Below are positions 16,627 to 23,673 of a DNA stretch of 31,349 bases, piece by piece. How positions within the stretch are numbered: the stretch's first letter is position 1; every line of letters starts with the position of its first letter. Source of the DNA: a virus (lineage: Duplodnaviria > Caudoviricetes); IMG/VR virus record IMGVR_UViG_3300017754_000899, positions 1 through 31,349 of that record. One strand, given 5' to 3'. A program made the position numbers and the translations under genes. The notes under the pieces were generated by a model. It made no database searches and had not been told where the DNA came from. It was given only the letters and a program-made list of their open reading frames with translations.

Positions 16627-16814
16627 GCTGCCCCCTTCGCCAAAATAGCCTGCAAGCCTGCCACCAGTTGCTCTGTTTCTGCGCGTGTCAGGCCGGTATA
16701 CATATTGCTGTTACGTTGAATAAGATTCATCCAAGCGCCACCGTCGTCCCACTGCGAGACAAATATCTTTAATTCGCTTGCGGTTTTGATGATCGTCTCA
16801 ACTTCGTTGTTCAT
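16623..16814 (-). CDS. Hypothetical protein
   Basis: Start reassigned to MNNEVE (ATGA overlap with the upstream small ORF). Confidence 0.65.
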   Translation of the reverse strand: MNNEVETIIKTASELKIFVSQWDDGGAWMNLIQRNSNMYTGLTRAETEQLVAGLQAILAKGAA

Positions 16815-16981
16815 AATTCTTCGCTCCAGTTTTGACTGATTTCTTTGGCTTCTGGGATGGTGTCGGCACACCCAATGTAACTGTCACATGCACGGTCAGC
16901 AAAAATCTCATACACCTTGGCATCCGTATCAAACACGGCGACTGTGCGGTTGCGGTTATCTTTGGGGAACAATTTGATCAT
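16811..16981 (-). CDS. Small hypothetical protein (56 aa)
   Basis: Not in track. MIKLFPKDNRNRTVAVFDTDAKVYEIFADRACDSYIGCADTIPEAKEISQNWSEEL with GGAG SD. Confidence 0.7.
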   Translation of the reverse strand: MIKLFPKDNRNRTVAVFDTDAKVYEIFADRACDSYIGCADTIPEAKEISQNWSEEL

Positions 16982-16995
16982 GCTCATCTCCGGTT

Positions 16996-17011
16996 GGGGG
17001 CCGAAGCCCCC
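16996..17011 (-). other. C(UUCG)G intergenic hairpin
   Basis: GGGGGC-TTCG-GCCCCC on the minus strand; no U-tract. Confidence 0.75.
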
Positions 17012-17017
17012 TACTGA

Positions 17018-17338
17018 TTAATTGGTTGAAGTGACGGTAATGCGAGCGATTGATCCTTTGCGGAACCCGTCGAGTTGCGCGTCCGTGATGCCGAAATGTT
17101 TGCACAGAGCCGCGTAATCAACATTGCCCTTAACATCAGCCATGCTGATCGTCACGCCGTATTTCTCACCACGGTGATTGCCCTCGCCATACTGATTGGT
17201 GATGGACTCTTTGAGGACTTTGCACTTGGCGGTCAAGGTCTTGACCTGTGCGTCATACACTGCGAGGGTATCGATGTCATTGGTGATCGACTCGATGACG
17301 GCGGTGGCTTGGATGGTGGCTTGAGTTGCTGTAGTCAT
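17018..17338 (-). CDS. Hypothetical early protein (N-terminal coiled coil)
   Basis: 106 aa; first gene after P3; GGAGA SD. Confidence 0.8.
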   Translation of the reverse strand: MTTATQATIQATAVIESITNDIDTLAVYDAQVKTLTAKCKVLKESITNQYGEGNHRGEKYGVTISMADVKGNVDYAALCKHFGITDAQLDGFRKGSIARITVTSTN

Positions 17339-17378
17339 TTTGTTTCTCCAGATAAACCTGCGTAAGTGCAGTGAACGA

Positions 17379-17408
17379 ATAGTAATTCAGAGTTAGATTC
17401 TGGGTCAA
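17379..17408 (-). promoter_or_regulatory. Sigma70-type promoter P3 with overlapping operator
   Basis: TTGACC-N18-TACTAT; shares GAATCTAAC in the spacer and the downstream leader with P2. Confidence 0.7.
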
Positions 17409-17429
17409 CAACTATTTTGTTAAGAAATC

Positions 17430-17702
17430 TTATTTACTAGTCTGACTAGTATTCAAATTCTTAAGTGTTTGATTTAGTGCATCTAATTCATTCATCTTTG
17501 CGATAGCCCAAGCACGCTTTTGACCGTGCCATCCCATGATTGAACCTTGATGGCAGGACTTGCAGAGGGCCACCACCGTGAAGTGGCGATGCTGTTTGAT
17601 GTGATGGGCATCTGATGGGCCTTCCTGATCGCACACGGAGCAGGGTAGTTCTTTGACCCTACCAACCCATTCCCTTTCAGCTTTGCTATAGGTGCCGTTC
17701 AT
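17430..17702 (-). CDS. Small HNH-like protein (Ref/DUF968-like)
   Basis: LPCSVC...DAHHIK...VALCKSCHQG. Confidence 0.75.
   Translation of the reverse strand: MNGTYSKAEREWVGRVKELPCSVCDQEGPSDAHHIKQHRHFTVVALCKSCHQGSIMGWHGQKRAWAIAKMNELDALNQTLKNLNTSQTSK
17435..17451. promoter_or_regulatory. 17-bp palindrome TACTAGTCTGACTAGTA (copy 3)
   Basis: Identical to 7920-7936, 7958-7974 and 22160-22176; lies just upstream of the P3 -35 box. Confidence 0.8.
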
Positions 17703-18037
17703 GATGCTTTGTCCATGACTCTGTTAGAAGCTTCCATAGAGCGCCATACGTCGATTCTGGCCTGCGCTGATACCAACCCCCACCGCAGCTTCTCCTCGCT
17801 CTCTGTAGCGGTTTCCAGAGCCTTCAGAAGCTCAACGTAAGCGTTGTCTGCATAGGCTTCCATCTCAGCCGCTGCCGAAGATTTGGCGCGACCGTCTGAA
17901 AGGGCTGTTTTCATCAGGATTGCTTTCTGGCTCTTGCGGAACTCTTCCAGATAAACCCGATGCGCTTTTGACTCAGCAAACTTAGCGCCGTGGGTGTAGA
18001 GAAAATCGACTGCGTCGTTGATGTCTTTTTGATTCAT
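17699..18037 (-). CDS. Conserved hypothetical coiled-coil phage protein
   Basis: YLEEFRKSQKAILM...EAYAD..Y...IDVWRS; ATGA overlaps. Confidence 0.8.
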   Translation of the reverse strand: MNQKDINDAVDFLYTHGAKFAESKAHRVYLEEFRKSQKAILMKTALSDGRAKSSAAAEMEAYADNAYVELLKALETATESEEKLRWGLVSAQARIDVWRSMEASNRVMDKAS

Positions 18038-18480
18038 GCGAACCTCGCGATTAATGCTGCATCTGCCATGGCCTGACCTTCACCCTTTTTGTCCAACACT
18101 CTCCAGTGAGGCCAAATCTCCAGAGCCTTAGACCGTGCTGCGTCCTTGTCCTTTCCGACCAGTCCTGCACGCTTCTTCCACTCTTGCGGAGTGATGCTGG
18201 CAACCGGTATCTCAAGCGCACCAAGAACTCCCATCACAGTCCCACAGGCATGCCCGAACGTGAACATGCTGGTGACGCCCTGTTTCGGCATAGCATGGAC
18301 TTGCTCAATGATCGCCAGTTCAACTTCAGAACCGTTGATGAAAGATGCCAAAGCCGCTCCATTCACACGATTGCTCTTTCCAATCATGTAGGTCGGCATC
18401 CGCATCCATTCGATCGGTTGCCCATCCTCCAGAATTACTACCGCCCCAGACAGACCGGGGTCAATCCCCATGCGCCGCAT
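18034..18480 (-). CDS. RuvC-like Holliday junction resolvase
   Basis: GIDPGLSGA, IEQVHAMPKQGVTSMFTFG, TPQEWK, ADAALIA. Start at MRRMG. Confidence 0.88.
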   Translation of the reverse strand: MRRMGIDPGLSGAVVILEDGQPIEWMRMPTYMIGKSNRVNGAALASFINGSEVELAIIEQVHAMPKQGVTSMFTFGHACGTVMGVLGALEIPVASITPQEWKKRAGLVGKDKDAARSKALEIWPHWRVLDKKGEGQAMADAALIARFA

Positions 18481-18712
18481 ATTCGTATCCTTGGTTAAGT
18501 TGATCCAAAAAATGCATCTCATCCATGAAAAGCTTCTTCAACAACTTCATGGCTTTTGTGGACTGCTCCACATCACCGAAGTAAAACACCGCGATTAGGT
18601 CGGCAGGATCAAGTCGATCCATCACATTCACCACCGCCTTGATCTGGCTTGGCAACAAACCAGAGTTTGCTTGCTTAGTCAGCCAGTGACAGAACAAAGA
18701 AGCTTCAGACAT
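18461..18712 (-). CDS. Hypothetical protein
   Basis: 83 aa; tiles the operon. Confidence 0.65.
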   Translation of the reverse strand: MSEASLFCHWLTKQANSGLLPSQIKAVVNVMDRLDPADLIAVFYFGDVEQSTKAMKLLKKLFMDEMHFLDQLNQGYEYAAHGD

Positions 18713-19007
18713 TTGCTACCCCCTTGAGGTTGAATTTCTCACACCGCTGTAAGACAAACTTTAGGCATTCGGTAGGACGACCAAACTTGTCTCGGAATGC
18801 AGTGCATTGCTTCTTCACGTAGTGCGTGCATTCAAAACACAGTCTGCGGTCGTCATCTTTATCGAAGTGATCTCGATCCAGCAGCTTGTTCGCCAGATCA
18901 AATGCATCGTCGTAAGACAGACCTTCGTTCATGAAAGTATTTAGCCGCTTCGTATGCTGGGCTATCGCTTTGATCAACACTTCTTCCGGTAACGTAAATT
19001 CACTCAT
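18705..19007 (-). CDS. Hypothetical protein with C-terminal Cys cluster
   Basis: DDRRLCFECTH...C...LQRC; strong AGGAGG SD. Confidence 0.75.
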   Translation of the reverse strand: MSEFTLPEEVLIKAIAQHTKRLNTFMNEGLSYDDAFDLANKLLDRDHFDKDDDRRLCFECTHYVKKQCTAFRDKFGRPTECLKFVLQRCEKFNLKGVANV

Positions 19008-19029
19008 GGGTGACCCTCCTTTGATGGAC

Positions 19030-19060
19030 AGTCTAACATGGAATTAGAGTTTGGGGTAAA
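19030..19060 (-). promoter_or_regulatory. Promoter P4 with the most symmetric operator
   Basis: TTTACC-N19-TAGACT with TG extension; TCTAAttccatgTTAGA at 19032-19048. Confidence 0.55.
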
Positions 19061-19335
19061 AAAAGAGGACATGGCCCCATCCTGCACTGCTCTTAATATA
19101 TTTCACCCAAAGACCCCCCTACCCCACAGAAGAGTAGAGAGGGAAGGCGTCACCCCACAAGAGTGGATCGTCATGCTACGGATTGGATACCGTATGCCCC
19201 TCGGCTTGACGATGAGACCAGCCGACACGATTCTTTCGGATTTGCACCGGATGACCCAACTTCGGCCTCTTACGTGTTATCTGTTTTCTTGGCAGCAACC
19301 CAGAGAAGGTTCATTGCTAACGCGACCAGAACGGC
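19058..19335 (-). ncRNA. Candidate structured RNA (or primase/origin hairpin cluster)
   Basis: Stems TCGGCT/AGCCGA and TACGG/CCGTA, a CCCTCTCTAC/GTAGGGGGG stem, T-loop-like CGGTGCAAATCCG (19237-19249), and a terminal AGGATGG..CCATGTCCT-CTTTTTT hairpin. Confidence 0.4.
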
Positions 19336-19338
19336 CTG

Positions 19339-19482
19339 AAAAAAAAACCCCATTACGGCTGGGTTGCGGTCGCGGTGGAAGTAAGCGGAATACGACAAAC
19401 GCTTGCGACAACCGAAACCCATGCGTAATGGGGCTTCATCGTATTCTACTCACCCTTCCACAGGCGACCTAATCTTTCAGGC
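19339..19482 (-). ncRNA. Leader/attenuator RNA ending in a long intrinsic terminator
   Basis: Stem CCCCATTACG (19348-19357) / CGTAATGGGG (19424-19433) followed by a U9 tract; competing inverted repeat 19368-19395 versus 19439-19469. Confidence 0.6.
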
Positions 19483-19488
19483 AAGAAA

Positions 19489-19517
19489 AGCTTAAAGCAA
19501 CCTTAAAACCCTGTCAA
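19489..19517 (-). promoter_or_regulatory. Sigma70-type promoter driving the non-coding element
   Basis: TTGACA-N17-TAAGCT; the -35 box overlaps the primase TGA stop. Confidence 0.65.
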
Positions 19518-20371
19518 GCGCATTCCTTAATACGGCAGTCCATAATCTTCCCCACCACGGAGAACAGCCCCTTGGCTTTGTGAAGATCATTGGCATCCCA
19601 GCCTACTTCGTTTGCCATCGTCCACGGTAAGCCAGTCTGTTCAGCGATCCGCTGGCCTGTCCCGCTTTCGTCGTTATCCGCGAACACATACCTAGCCCCA
19701 CCGATCTGGTCAGCCACTTGCACAAGGTTCGACGCGGAGAATGCCACCACGACTGACGCCGCCAGCCCCACAGAGCGCAGCGCGGCCCGTACCGACAGTC
19801 CTGTAGCAAACCCCTCAACTAACCATGTCTCCGGCGCTTTACGCTCGCCTAAGCACATTACCGCGTTTTTTGCTCGCATGCCGGTGAGCATCTTTTTCTC
19901 AAACTTATCCCCAACCAGACAGATCGACTGGTATCCCTGTAGAGCATGCGTGCCGACATTCCGCATTGGGATAAGCAGCTTGTCGTCCAAAACAAGCCCC
20001 TTGATCGACTCAAAACCCTTCTTGATCAGATACGGATGAGTATTCATGGTCGCCGATCGCAAGGTAATCTCAGCCTGCAGTGCAGCTTGCTCATACCGCT
20101 TGTCCTGATCAGAGGCCGCTGAAACCCTCCGTAACGCCCACAGGCGCTTTTCCTCAGCCGACCAAGGCTTGGCATCAGGATCATTCCACCAAACGATCCT
20201 AGCCTCTCCTGACCAGTCCATGACCCATCCACGCGTCCCATCCCAGAAGTAAGCGCCGTTCAGCGAGCGCGGCCTCTCCGTTGTCCCGCACCGTCTGATC
20301 TTTTCCGATGCAAACAGCTTCGAGTAATCAATTTCCACCCCATTGGCTCTGGCAAAGTCGATGAAGTTCAT
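19514..20371 (-). CDS. TOPRIM-domain DNA primase
   Basis: LLIPMR...GYQSI...KKMLTG, WLVEGFATGLS, FADNDESGTG, DANDLH. ATGA overlap with the helicase. Confidence 0.85.
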   Translation of the reverse strand: MNFIDFARANGVEIDYSKLFASEKIRRCGTTERPRSLNGAYFWDGTRGWVMDWSGEARIVWWNDPDAKPWSAEEKRLWALRRVSAASDQDKRYEQAALQAEITLRSATMNTHPYLIKKGFESIKGLVLDDKLLIPMRNVGTHALQGYQSICLVGDKFEKKMLTGMRAKNAVMCLGERKAPETWLVEGFATGLSVRAALRSVGLAASVVVAFSASNLVQVADQIGGARYVFADNDESGTGQRIAEQTGLPWTMANEVGWDANDLHKAKGLFSVVGKIMDCRIKECA

Positions 20372-21891
20372 TTCCGGCCCCTTTTCCACGCAATATTTAA
20401 CTGAGTAATTTTGTTGATCACCGTGCGATTGATCTCAGCCGCAGGAGCGGTCGAAAACGCCCACCTCGTATCTTGACCGGTGATCTGCTTGAAGAGGTGC
20501 CAAGCCCTACCCGACTGCACTTCAGGCTTACTATGGTGTCTCGCGTACGTACAAATCTGGTTCCACAGGTGTTGAGCATTGTCAGCCAGCTTCTTCTTGT
20601 TACTCCCTTCACCAATGAAAATCTCTTTCATCTCACCCTGAACTGCTTCGCTGATCTGGCGAGACATCCGCTCATGCCCACACGCCATACATCTTTTGTG
20701 GAAGGGCATGTAGCCACACTTCGGGCATCCTTTGGCCTCAAACTCTTCAGTCTTGCGAATGGTCTTATCAAGCTTCTCGCCGTCATCCAACTTATCCAGC
20801 CCGTTGAAATAGACCTCGTTGAAGTCTTCAAAGAACCGCACGATGTTGCCCGAGAAGTCGAGGAGGTGACAGTCCTGTTTACCCGTCTCAGGAGACGACC
20901 TCAAACCCCTACCCCACATCTGGATTGCAGTAGACAACGATTTACGCAGGGGACGAGCATCACAGATACATCCAACGTCAGGAACATCAAAACCCTTTGC
21001 CAAAGCCTCTACGCTGATCAGAATCTTCAAGTGACTATCCGGCTTGCGATACTCCTGCAGGAGTTCAGCACGCTCCTTTGCGGTGGTCTCAGACGTAAAT
21101 ACAGCCGCCATCACTCCAGCATTAATGAATTGCTTTGCCAGTTCTTCGCAGTGCTTGATGGTGGCACCGAAAATAATGGTCTTGCGGTTGTCGCCAAAAC
21201 GACGCCAGTCAGCGACCACATCACCAACGATCTTCAGTTCCCGCTCTTCAGCAGCCTTGTCAGTCCACTCACCACCGGCAGTCGCGGCACCGGTCATGTC
21301 AGGCTTCTGGCAGGAAAATATCCGCATCGGAGTCAAAACACCGGACTGCGTCAAATCAAACATGGTGGTGGCGTTGATCAGGTTGCTGAATATCTTCCCC
21401 AGACCTGCAGTAAATGGAGTCGCAGACAAACCAATTACAGCAGCGCCTGTGCTTTGTGCAAACTCAGTCCACGCCTTGTAAGTTGTATGCGCCTCATCAA
21501 CTACCAACACATCCATCTGAGGCCAAAACTCGCGCTTGGCTATCGTCTGCACCGAAGCTATCTGCAACAAATGATTCGGCCTGCGTCTCCAGTGCTTCGC
21601 CTGAATAATTCCATGATCAGTCATACCGTAGCGATCGGCTACCTCTGAGGTTTGATTGATCAGGGTAGTGCGATCACATAGGAAGACTGCACGCTTACCC
21701 TTTTGAGTTGCCTCGTTACAGATTCTCAGGCCAAGATAAGTCTTACCAGCCCCTGTAGGAGCCATGATCAACTGATTCTTGTGACCTTCCTTAAACCCCT
21801 GCCGCAAGGATTGATGCGCCTCTGTTTGAAACGGCCTTGGGGCAGGGAATTTTCCATCATCGCGCTCAATCGGCGCTAGGGACGAGATCAT
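20368..21891 (-). CDS. Superfamily 2 DEAH helicase with C-terminal Zn ribbon
   Basis: PRPFQ, APTGAGKT, VVDEAH, GLSATP, KGFDVP, QMWGRGLR, CPKC..CMAC. Confidence 0.93.
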   Translation of the reverse strand: MISSLAPIERDDGKFPAPRPFQTEAHQSLRQGFKEGHKNQLIMAPTGAGKTYLGLRICNEATQKGKRAVFLCDRTTLINQTSEVADRYGMTDHGIIQAKHWRRRPNHLLQIASVQTIAKREFWPQMDVLVVDEAHTTYKAWTEFAQSTGAAVIGLSATPFTAGLGKIFSNLINATTMFDLTQSGVLTPMRIFSCQKPDMTGAATAGGEWTDKAAEERELKIVGDVVADWRRFGDNRKTIIFGATIKHCEELAKQFINAGVMAAVFTSETTAKERAELLQEYRKPDSHLKILISVEALAKGFDVPDVGCICDARPLRKSLSTAIQMWGRGLRSSPETGKQDCHLLDFSGNIVRFFEDFNEVYFNGLDKLDDGEKLDKTIRKTEEFEAKGCPKCGYMPFHKRCMACGHERMSRQISEAVQGEMKEIFIGEGSNKKKLADNAQHLWNQICTYARHHSKPEVQSGRAWHLFKQITGQDTRWAFSTAPAAEINRTVINKITQLNIAWKRGRK

Positions 21892-22694
21892 TTTTTGGCC
21901 TTCCTTTTATCCAGTTCTTTTTGAAGTTCTTTGACCATCTTGACGGCTTCGTTTCTTTCGCCCATAAGACCGTTGATACGCACCGAAAGCTGGGCATTCA
22001 ACAGGTTCAATCTTTTGATTTCTTCATTAGCGGTATTCAAGGCATTGTCAGACTCAAGCATCTTATACATTATCTCTGTATCTGCTTGAAGCGAAAGAGC
22101 ATTTGCCTTTAATTCATCATCATCAGGGGTTGTTCCGGCATGCGGATCAGGAGCCGCACTACTAGTCTGACTAGTATTTTTGTCTTCATCACTGCTAGTC
22201 TTGCCAGCAATTTCTTCAGCTTTCTTTACGGTGTGACGCTGCTTCGATTCCTCTTGTTTTTTCTTTGTTTCTGGATCACGTATGCCAGCAACAAAAGACT
22301 GAGAAACGTCACAGATTTTAGCAATTTCATAGCTACTCTTATCCTTCGTCAAAATATGCACAAGCGCATCTTCAACAACCTTGCGCTTGTCTTCGTTTGT
22401 CCTTGGCTTGCCGTGCTTACCATTGACGCCAAAAGACAGCACCTGAGCTTCTTCTTGAGTGCCAGCCTTGTAGTCAATACTAACTTCTTTCATGCCAAGG
22501 ATTTTGTAAGCGTGATACCGGTGAAACCCGTCTACCAACCAATGAATGGTGCCGTCAAACATGGTAAGCATCGGAGGGAATATGTCCCCACTTTTCATGC
22601 AATCGATATAGATATAAACAGTTGGCTGGTCAATCAAAACGCGGCCTTGTGTGCCGCCATCAATCCTGATGTCATTCAGGCTTACTTTTTTCAT
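21888..22694 (-). CDS. ParB/Srx N-terminal domain protein with HTH and coiled coil
   Basis: IRIDGGTQGR, FPP, LVDGFHRYHA (GxxRxxA), HTH SSYEIAKICDVSQSFVAGIR, C-terminal coiled coil. Start MKKVS (GGAGA SD). Confidence 0.82.
   Translation of the reverse strand: MKKVSLNDIRIDGGTQGRVLIDQPTVYIYIDCMKSGDIFPPMLTMFDGTIHWLVDGFHRYHAYKILGMKEVSIDYKAGTQEEAQVLSFGVNGKHGKPRTNEDKRKVVEDALVHILTKDKSSYEIAKICDVSQSFVAGIRDPETKKKQEESKQRHTVKKAEEIAGKTSSDEDKNTSQTSSAAPDPHAGTTPDDDELKANALSLQADTEIMYKMLESDNALNTANEEIKRLNLLNAQLSVRINGLMGERNEAVKMVKELQKELDKRKAKK
22160..22176. promoter_or_regulatory. 17-bp palindrome TACTAGTCTGACTAGTA (copy 4), inside the parB-like gene
   Basis: Identical to the other three copies; read as NTSQTS in the post-HTH linker. 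Confidence 0.8.
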
Positions 22695-22707
22695 ATTGTC
22701 TCCAGTG

Positions 22708-22908
22708 TTAATCAAACAGATCGGGGCGTAAATCTTTTGCGGTTACCAACTTCTGTGTTGCTCGTTCAATGCGTTTTGCAAGTTCTGGTGATGGTCGTCG
22801 AGCCTTTCGTATCAACAGACCCAACCAAGTGGGCGTGATATGTAGATACTCAGCCATCTCTTTCTTCGATCCATACGGTTCATCTTTGAAGTATTGTTTG
22901 AGGTGCAT
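22708..22908 (-). CDS. Cro/YdaS-like HTH transcriptional regulator
   Basis: KEMAEYLHITPTWL...RRPSPELAKRIERAT..VT..DLRPDLF; AAGGA SD before MHLKQY. Confidence 0.85.
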   Translation of the reverse strand: MHLKQYFKDEPYGSKKEMAEYLHITPTWLGLLIRKARRPSPELAKRIERATQKLVTAKDLRPDLFD

Positions 22909-22948
22909 ATCGTTCCTTTCTGCGGGGTTTGTGACCTCCACAACAAGC

Positions 22949-22981
22949 ATTGTATCACAGACTCAAATTATGTGTTATAGT
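22949..22981. promoter_or_regulatory. Back-to-back extended -10 promoters with central operator (P5)
   Basis: Plus strand TGtTATAGT (22973-22981); minus strand TGaTACAAT (22957-22949); TCAAAttatgtgTTATA at 22963-22979. Confidence 0.65.
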
Positions 22982-23032
22982 CTTTCTACGGTCATATGAC
23001 CGGACTTTGTCCGTAGGGACGTTGGAGACAAC

Positions 23033-23671
23033 ATGAGTTTTATCGTAGAAGATAATGGTGGTAATTTTGAGCGTTGCCCCGCTGGAGCGCATCTTGCGCG
23101 GTGCTATCGCATCGTTGACCTCGGCACACAAAAGTCAGAATACATGGGCGAGACCAAGTATCTGCACAAGATCATGGTCGGTTGGGAAATCCATGGCATG
23201 GATGACGATGGAAAAAAGATCACCATGCTTGATGGTCGTCCCTTTGCTATTTTCAAGAATTACACGCACTCATGGAGTGAAAAGGCAAACCTTCGTATCG
23301 ATCTTCAATCATGGCGCGGGAAGCCGTTCAATGATGAGGAGATGCGGAAGTTCGACCTCAAGAATGTCCTTGGTGCATGGTGCATGCTTAACGTAATTGA
23401 GCGTGCCGGTCAGAATGGGAAAACCTATTCCAATGTGGCTGGGGTAAGTCCGGTTCCGTCGATGATCAAGCAGAATGGTCTTCCAGAGGCAGTGAACAAG
23501 AACGAAATCTTCCACATTGCTGATCCTGATATGGAGGTCTTCAAGGGATTTTCGGACAGTCTCAAGAAGAAGATTGAGTCGTCACCGGAATGGCAAAAGC
23601 GCGGTATCAAAGCCGAAGTCAAGACGCCAGTCAATCTGATGGACGACACTTCAGATGACGTACCCTTTTGA
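23033..23671 (+). CDS. Putative single-stranded DNA-binding protein
   Basis: PAGAHLARCYRIVDLGTQ..., OB-fold-like ending YSNVAGV, and an acidic DDVPF tail typical of SSBs. Confidence 0.7.
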   Translation: MSFIVEDNGGNFERCPAGAHLARCYRIVDLGTQKSEYMGETKYLHKIMVGWEIHGMDDDGKKITMLDGRPFAIFKNYTHSWSEKANLRIDLQSWRGKPFNDEEMRKFDLKNVLGAWCMLNVIERAGQNGKTYSNVAGVSPVPSMIKQNGLPEAVNKNEIFHIADPDMEVFKGFSDSLKKKIESSPEWQKRGIKAEVKTPVNLMDDTSDDVPF

Positions 23672-23673
23672 TC

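Noticed and set aside
19225-19300. tRNA suggested by GGTGCAAATCC
   Set aside because: I could not build acceptor, D and anticodon arms around it.
19038-19472. 144-aa plus-strand ORF
   Set aside because: Opposite to the local gene flow, no clear SD, and it overlaps strong minus-strand promoter and terminator structures.
20473-21648. 391-aa plus-strand ORF and other long antisense ORFs (e.g. 22140-22838, 30325-30891)
   Set aside because: Shadow frames of well-supported minus-strand genes with no recognisable motifs.
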